A stretch of 64,000 nucleotides of DNA from Methanobacteriota archaeon (GTDB lineage: Archaea > Thermoplasmatota > Thermoplasmata > SG8-5 > JAGLSY01). A program made the translations under genes and the position numbers. The notes beneath the pieces are model-generated. The model was not told the DNA's origin. It did no database searches and worked only from the letters and a program-made list of their open reading frames with translations. Shown here one piece after another: positions 58,497 through 64,000 of the stretch (its first letter is position 1; every line of letters begins with the position of its first letter). The stretch lies in contig JAEHCQ010000001.1 in assembly GCA_020696385.1 (NCBI GenBank), positions 576,001-640,000 on the forward strand, read 5' to 3'.

Positions 58497-58968
58497 TAAA
58501 GATAATGGACAGGTGCTCGTTGCTTATGCCACAAAAGGCGGGGTGACTGAAGAATATTCCAGCATCGTGGCAGGCATATTGATCGCAAATGGATTCCAGG
58601 TGGAGCAGGTGGACCTCCGGCGTAATAAGAGACCGGAAATTTCTGATCATGATATCGTGATCCTCGGAACTGGTGTTCGCATGGGCAGGGTGTATGGTCG
58701 GGGAAAGAAATTGCTCGGCCAGGAAGCTTTAAAAAATAAAAAACTGGTGATATTCCTGTCCAGTGGCATTGCTATTGAAGATCCGGAGCAGGCCAGACAG
58801 AAATTCCTCCTGCCGCTTATCGAGAAATATGGCCTCCAACCTCTGGATTATCGAGCATTTCCAGGAAGAATGCCCGAGCCAGGCGGGAATAAGGACAAGA
58901 AGAAGGATACCTCGGATCCAGAGATGGTGAAGAAGTGGGCCAAAGACCTTGTTGAGAAATTGAAATAA
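58486..58968 (+). CDS. Flavodoxin-domain protein (HemG-like fold)
   Basis: VAYATKGGVT FMN-binding loop, ILGTGVRMG. Confidence 0.78.
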   Translation: MISDKDNGQVLVAYATKGGVTEEYSSIVAGILIANGFQVEQVDLRRNKRPEISDHDIVILGTGVRMGRVYGRGKKLLGQEALKNKKLVIFLSSGIAIEDPEQARQKFLLPLIEKYGLQPLDYRAFPGRMPEPGGNKDKKKDTSDPEMVKKWAKDLVEKLK

Positions 58969-59069
58969 CATTCACAATATTTATGATGTGGAATGCTATT
59001 CGAGGTTGGGTCGTTCCCCCATGATCCTTCATCTGGGTCAAGTGAGACGAGTCAGAAGAAGGTGTTAAT

Positions 59070-60614
59070 TTGGTCGATGATTCCAAAAGGGCTCTAATCA
59101 GTGTTTCGGACAAAACAGATGTATTGCAATTCGCCAGTGCTTTGGTAGAACTAGATTGGGAAATAATTTCCACTGGCGGTACCTTCAAGGCACTTCATGA
59201 AGGCGGTATCGATGTAAAGAGAATATCGGATATCATCTCATTTCCCGAGATACTGGACGGTAGAGTTAAGACCCTCCATCCGGCCATCCACGCGGGCATA
59301 CTGGCAATAAAAGACGATCCTGATCATATCGAGCAGATGAAGAAGCATGGATTGGCCATGATCGATCTGGTTGCCGTGAACTTATATCCTTTCGAGGAGA
59401 CAATGAAGAAAGCGGACGTGACAGTTGAGGACGCGATTGAGAACATCGACATCGGCGGGCCGACTATGGTGAGAGCGGCTGCCAAGAACCACGAGAATAC
59501 CATCATCGTGATCGAGCCAGCACAATATGAGGCCGTGGTGGAAGAATTGAAGAAAAACGGAGATGTATGCCTTGACACCAGAAGAAAGCTGGCCATCGAA
59601 GCTTTTTCAAGAACTGCAGAATACGATGCCATCATATCCCAGAAACTCGGAAGTATGCTGGGAGGGGATGAATTTCCGCAAAGATACATATTACCATTCA
59701 GGAAGGTGCAGGATCTTCGTTATGGGGAGAATCCATATCAGACAGCGGCCTTCTATCGAGATATTGAATTGAAAGAACCTTGCATCGCGAACTCGAAGAA
59801 ATTGAAAGGCAAGGGATTGTCATTCAACAATATACTGGACATAGACGCGGCCATCGAGCTTGTGAAGGACTTTGAAGAGCCCACGGTCGCCGTGGTCAAG
59901 CACATGAACCCCAGTGGGGTGGCGAGTGCCGACGGCATCGCGGATGCTTTCAAGCAAGCCCTGGGAGCAGACCCCCTATCAGCCTATGGCGGGATCGTCA
60001 GTCTTAATAGGGAGTTGGATGTCGAGACTGCGACATCCATGAGGAAGATATTTTTAGATTGTATAATCGCGCCATCCTTCCACCCGGATTCATTACCCTT
60101 GCTGGAAAAGAAAAAGGTCATGCTTCTGGAGACTGGCGATCTTGGAGACAAGATGCCGAACACCGATATCAAGAGGGTGACAGGCGGCTTACTTGTGCAG
60201 TCGAGAGACCTGGAAGTTCTGGATCCATCCACTTTGAAAACGGTGACAAACCGCGAGCCAACACAGAAAGAAATGGAGGACATGATATTCGGCTGGAAGG
60301 TGGTGAAACACGTGAACTCCAATGGAATTGCTCTGGCCAAGGACAAGGTGATGATCGGTGTTGGGCCTGGCCAGGTGAGTCGAATAGGCGCGGTGGATAT
60401 CGCGATCAAGAAAGCGGGCGACAGCGCGAAGGGAGCGATCATGGCATCCGATGCCTTCTTCCCCTTCAAGGACAGTGTGGAAGCCGCAGCTGCTGCTGGA
60501 ATAACCGCCATCATTCATCCAGGCGGTTCGATCAGAGATCAGGAAGTTATCGATTGTGCGAATGAGAATGATATCGCGATGGTTTTTACCGGGATGCGGT
60601 GTTTGAAGCACTAG
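59070..60614 (+). CDS. purH: Bifunctional AICAR transformylase / IMP cyclohydrolase
   Basis: RALISVSDK, STGGT, GRVKTLHP, IDIGGPTMVRAAAKN, LRYGENP, ASDAFFPF, PGGSIRD. Confidence 0.97.
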   Translation: MVDDSKRALISVSDKTDVLQFASALVELDWEIISTGGTFKALHEGGIDVKRISDIISFPEILDGRVKTLHPAIHAGILAIKDDPDHIEQMKKHGLAMIDLVAVNLYPFEETMKKADVTVEDAIENIDIGGPTMVRAAAKNHENTIIVIEPAQYEAVVEELKKNGDVCLDTRRKLAIEAFSRTAEYDAIISQKLGSMLGGDEFPQRYILPFRKVQDLRYGENPYQTAAFYRDIELKEPCIANSKKLKGKGLSFNNILDIDAAIELVKDFEEPTVAVVKHMNPSGVASADGIADAFKQALGADPLSAYGGIVSLNRELDVETATSMRKIFLDCIIAPSFHPDSLPLLEKKKVMLLETGDLGDKMPNTDIKRVTGGLLVQSRDLEVLDPSTLKTVTNREPTQKEMEDMIFGWKVVKHVNSNGIALAKDKVMIGVGPGQVSRIGAVDIAIKKAGDSAKGAIMASDAFFPFKDSVEAAAAAGITAIIHPGGSIRDQEVIDCANENDIAMVFTGMRCLKH

Positions 60615-60799
60615 ATTCGGTTTGTTAGGCTGGGTGAGGATAAAGACCCCGCCCCTGCTTTGATCGGGGCAGGGTTTGGTTTTGCCACTCGCTTTACTCT
60701 GCGAGTGGTTCATCTTCCTACTGGCACATCGCAACTGTCACTCGAATAATTATCGAATATAGTACCCCGCCCTGATGAATATTCATCGAATGGTACAGA

Positions 60800-61023
60800 C
60801 GGGGCATGCTCGAACTGGCCGCATATACATCGTTGGGAATATGCCATGCATATAATTACAATTCCCGAGCGAGTAGGGTCGGGCGAGTTTCTTTATTTGT
60901 CCGTCTTTTTTCTTTGGAGCCCGATCCAGCACAGCGAGGGTTAAAGAAAAAAGTGGCGGGGCATAAGCTCGAATTCATCCGCATGGACATCGTAGATAAT
61001 ATGCTCTGCATCTAAATGCAATT
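60800..61023 (+). repeat. Degenerate direct repeats (60800-60863 and 60957-61023) flanking element copy 3
   Basis: Manual alignment gives 51 identities over 67 columns (cggggcat..gctcgaa..ccgcat..acatcgt..aatatgc..tgcat..caatt). Confidence 0.8.
60864..60956 (+). other. Structured non-coding element, copy 3 (minimal form)
   Basis: CCCGAGCGAGTAGG GTCGGGC GAG TTTCTTTA...TTTTCTTTGGA GCCCGAT CCAGCACAGCGAG..TAAAGAAAA. Confidence 0.8.
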
Positions 61024-61083
61024 AATTGAGCAAAGGTTTGGCGTTCATTTTTTAAGCCTATTAATATTTCCAGTACCGCTACC

Positions 61084-63099
61084 ATGAACTACGACGAACA
61101 TCTCGAATGGCTATACGACCTCCAGTGGCATGGCATGAAACTGGGTCTGGCCAATACTGAAGCTCTGCTAGCGGAGCTTCAGAACCCGCATGAAGGATTG
61201 AAGATCATTCATGTGGCCGGAACCAATGGAAAAGGCTCGGTGTGCGCGATCCTGACCAGCGTGTTGGTGAAAGCTGGCTACAAGGTGGGGACCTACACTT
61301 CCCCACATCTGAGTGATTTCACAGAGAGGATCGCGGTAAATGGAATTCCTGTTAGCGAGGGGGATATCGTCAGCTCGATCAAGCGAATTAAGCCGAAGAT
61401 CGAGAAGCTGGCCAATCGCGATGATGAGATAAAATGCACTTTCTTCGAGGCCACCACGGCAATGGCCTTCGACATATTTTCCAGGAAAAAGGTGGACATC
61501 GCCATCATGGAAGTCGGCATGGGAGGTCGTCTGGACTCGACCAATGTCGCAGATCCTATTATTTCCGTAATTACGAACATCGGCCTTGATCATACCCAGC
61601 ATCTGGGCGACAGCATCCGGGATATTGCTTTTGAGAAGGCCGGTATCATCAAGAAGAACCGGCCTGTTATTTGTGGAGCCAGACAGGCAGATGCCATTGA
61701 CATTATACAGAAAAAGGCCAAGAAAATGGGAGCGGGATTGACACTGGTGCATGATGATTACCGCGCACTGAGGATCGAGTCCGATATTTTTGGGTCAGAT
61801 ATTGATATCAAAACCCCGAATGGCATCTTGAAAGACATTCAAATTCCACTGGCTGGCAAGCACCAGATCGGCAATGCGATGATAGCCATTGCCGCAATCG
61901 ATAAACTGGTCGAGCTGGGATACGAGATCGACCAGGATGTATTGCACAAGGGGATCGAAGCCACCAGATGGAGGGGGAGGTTACAAGTGGCCAGAACCTC
62001 GCCACTTGTAATCCTCGACGGAACCCACAATCCACCAGGAGCAGAGGCATTGAAGGACTTTGTTTTGGAAGAGCTGGCCGATAAAAAGATCATTGGCATC
62101 ATCGGAATGTTAGAGGATAAAGATGCGAAGGGGTTCGTGGAGAAGGTCGAACACCTTTTTGATGAGATCGTCATAACAGCTCCTGATTATCATCGTGCCA
62201 TGCTGGCGGAGGAACTGGCCGAATTCATCTCAATGAATTCCAACATCGAGAAAAAGATGGCAAGTGCGCTGGATCGGGCACTGGCAATGACCGAAGATGA
62301 TGATTATGGTAACTCGGTGATTCTGATAACCGGTTCGATATTCACTGCCTCGGATGCCCTGGCTCACCTGGATCAACTAAGGATCGATATTATATTTCAC
62401 GAGCTCAAGAAGGCCTATCCCATCGGAGCATTTCCAGGATTGGAAGTAGGGGGCAATGAGACATATAAGCCAGGACGTGAAATTGATGATGAAACAGGTC
62501 ATGAAACAACACTGGGTAAGAGATCCGGGGATGCGTATAATGTTCTGATATCCACAATATTGTCACAACGAACGCGCGATCAGAACACGCACATTGCTTC
62601 GGAAAATCTCTTTGCCGTGTACGATACTCCAGAAAAGCTGGCCAATGCCGATCCCAATGAGGTGGAGAGACTTATCAAGCCAGCTGGATTCTATGTTCAG
62701 AAGACAAAGAAGATAATGGATACCGCGAGGATCCTTGTCGAGAAATATGATTCCCAGGTCCCGGAAGACATAGATGAGCTTCTGGATCTTCCTGGTGTGG
62801 GCAGGAAGACAGCGAACTGCGTGCTGGTCTACGGCTTTGAAAGACCAGCGATCGCCGTTGATACCCACGTCCACAGGATATCTAACCTGATGGGATTGGT
62901 AAGATCACAGGTTCCAGATGATACCGAGATCTCTCTGGAAAGAATATTGCCAAAAGAATACTGGATCGATATCAACCGCCTTTTAGTAAGGCATGGGCAG
63001 GAGATATGCAAGCCGATTAATCCTCAATGCGGCAAGTGCTTCTTAAGCCATATTTGCGACACTGGCATATACCGACTGAGCACTCTCAGGTCTGGCTAA
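61084..63099 (+). CDS. folC: Fusion of folylpolyglutamate synthase/dihydrofolate synthase (FolC) and endonuclease III (Nth)
   Basis: N-part: HVAGTNGKGS, YTSPHL, EVGMGGRLDSTN, DGTHNP, TGS. C-part: ILSQRT, LPGVGRKTA (HhH), VDTHVHR, C-x6-C-x2-C-x5-C. Confidence 0.92.
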   Translation: MNYDEHLEWLYDLQWHGMKLGLANTEALLAELQNPHEGLKIIHVAGTNGKGSVCAILTSVLVKAGYKVGTYTSPHLSDFTERIAVNGIPVSEGDIVSSIKRIKPKIEKLANRDDEIKCTFFEATTAMAFDIFSRKKVDIAIMEVGMGGRLDSTNVADPIISVITNIGLDHTQHLGDSIRDIAFEKAGIIKKNRPVICGARQADAIDIIQKKAKKMGAGLTLVHDDYRALRIESDIFGSDIDIKTPNGILKDIQIPLAGKHQIGNAMIAIAAIDKLVELGYEIDQDVLHKGIEATRWRGRLQVARTSPLVILDGTHNPPGAEALKDFVLEELADKKIIGIIGMLEDKDAKGFVEKVEHLFDEIVITAPDYHRAMLAEELAEFISMNSNIEKKMASALDRALAMTEDDDYGNSVILITGSIFTASDALAHLDQLRIDIIFHELKKAYPIGAFPGLEVGGNETYKPGREIDDETGHETTLGKRSGDAYNVLISTILSQRTRDQNTHIASENLFAVYDTPEKLANADPNEVERLIKPAGFYVQKTKKIMDTARILVEKYDSQVPEDIDELLDLPGVGRKTANCVLVYGFERPAIAVDTHVHRISNLMGLVRSQVPDDTEISLERILPKEYWIDINRLLVRHGQEICKPINPQCGKCFLSHICDTGIYRLSTLRSG

Positions 63100-63135
63100 T
63101 TATTTAAATAGTCCTTCATTGTATATGATGTCTGC

Positions 63136-63678
63136 ATGCATGTTGAAGAAGTCGTGAACAGGATGATCAGCTTGGGCCTGGATGTGGGTACCAAGGATGC
63201 TCTTCGCTCGGCATTGAAATTCATAGGCTATGACACACGGGCTTTGGATAGTATCTACGTTGAAGTAAGAAATAGATTGAGCCTGAGGACATTTTCCAAG
63301 ATACCCTACAACCAGAGAGCGCTTTTCATTTCCCATTGTATGAAATCATCCAAGACCTGCAAGGCGGAGATCACCAGCACGGGATTACAATGTCTGGACT
63401 GCGGTGATTGCGATATAACCGCTATAAAGAACCAGGCAATAGACTTGGGCTACCAGGTCTATATCGTTCCAGGTGGAAGCCTGGTCTTCAAGGTCATCAA
63501 GCAATACAAACCACATGCCGTTGTCGGAATCGCCTGCCTGTTCGAGCTTGAAGAGGCATTCGAGAAGCTGAGCATGGCCAATATCCCTTACCAAGGCGTG
63601 CAACTCAGCAAAGATGGGTGCGTGGACACTTGTGTCGATGTCCACAAGGCCATACAAGTATTGAATATTCTTGATTGA
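63136..63678 (+). CDS. DUF116 family Cys-rich protein
   Basis: HCM...C, CLDCGDC, IVPGGS, GIAC, DGCVDT. Confidence 0.82.
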   Translation: MHVEEVVNRMISLGLDVGTKDALRSALKFIGYDTRALDSIYVEVRNRLSLRTFSKIPYNQRALFISHCMKSSKTCKAEITSTGLQCLDCGDCDITAIKNQAIDLGYQVYIVPGGSLVFKVIKQYKPHAVVGIACLFELEEAFEKLSMANIPYQGVQLSKDGCVDTCVDVHKAIQVLNILD

Positions 63679-63816
63679 TTAGAATCGTCATTCATGGATG
63701 ATCATTATCAATCAATTTTTATCATGGTTTTGCCACCATGATGCATCGTTCATAAAGCGTTAAGTATTTAGATACAAATCCACATACCTCGGTGGTAGGA
63801 GCGTCTTGAATTGAAC

Positions 63817-64000
63817 ATGATCAAATACAGTATTATCGTTGGTTCTGTAGGAATGGCCAAGCCTTTCTCAAAACCAAATGTCTCAAAGGTAATAGCCAAA
63901 GGTAATGATCATTACAGGAAAGGCGAGTTGGGACCCGCTATGCAGTCCTACAATGCCGCGATAAAGATCGATCCAGACAATCCAATAGCTTGGAATAATA
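63817..64000 (+). CDS. TPR protein, 5' part (runs off the window)
   Basis: My translation: ...KGNDHYRKGELGPAMQSYNAAIKIDPDNPIAWNN. Start at 63817 or 63853. Confidence 0.72.
   Translation, partial: MIKYSIIVGSVGMAKPFSKPNVSKVIAKGNDHYRKGELGPAMQSYNAAIKIDPDNPIAWNN

Noticed and set aside
58990-59070. ZMP/ZTP riboswitch upstream of purH
   Set aside because: A small hairpin (tgatcc/gggtca) exists, but I cannot find the conserved GACUGG...GCCUGGG pattern.
60764-60810. Hammerhead ribozyme or C/D box sRNA (CTGATGA)
   Set aside because: No GAAA core after a stem II and no convincing D box.

Overview
Archaeal chromosome segment, probably Thermoplasmata. This is an inference from the PolD small subunit, aTrm56, archaeal CoaD, bacterial-type PurH/FolC and the long Lhr. 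In order, the window holds: a TPR gene, a site-2 protease, a very long Lhr helicase, an M20 peptidase and a nucleotide-sugar dehydrogenase. Then comes a ~27.5 kb array of giant secreted, C-terminally anchored beta-helix/PKD/FN3 surface proteins, followed by housekeeping genes (trmJ, truA, coaD, PolD DP1). A complete alternative (Ahb) heme operon and a divergent DsrE/TusA sulfur-relay cluster lie between tRNA-Cys and tRNA-Ser. The window ends with trm56, purH, a FolC-endonuclease III fusion and a DUF116 gene. The most striking unexplained signal is a small non-coding structured element present three times (1129-1278, 56368-56515, 60864-60956). It has a covarying stem, two U-rich tracts and an A-rich tract, suggesting a pseudoknot or triple helix. 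In all three cases it is followed directly by a second copy of the sequence lying upstream of it: a synonymously recoded gene 3' end, a tRNA 3' end, and an intergenic stretch. A second notable signal is a phage-sheath-like module inserted, and nested, 0/1/3/3 times in the four surface-protein paralogs. All assignments come from manual reading; no database searches were run.
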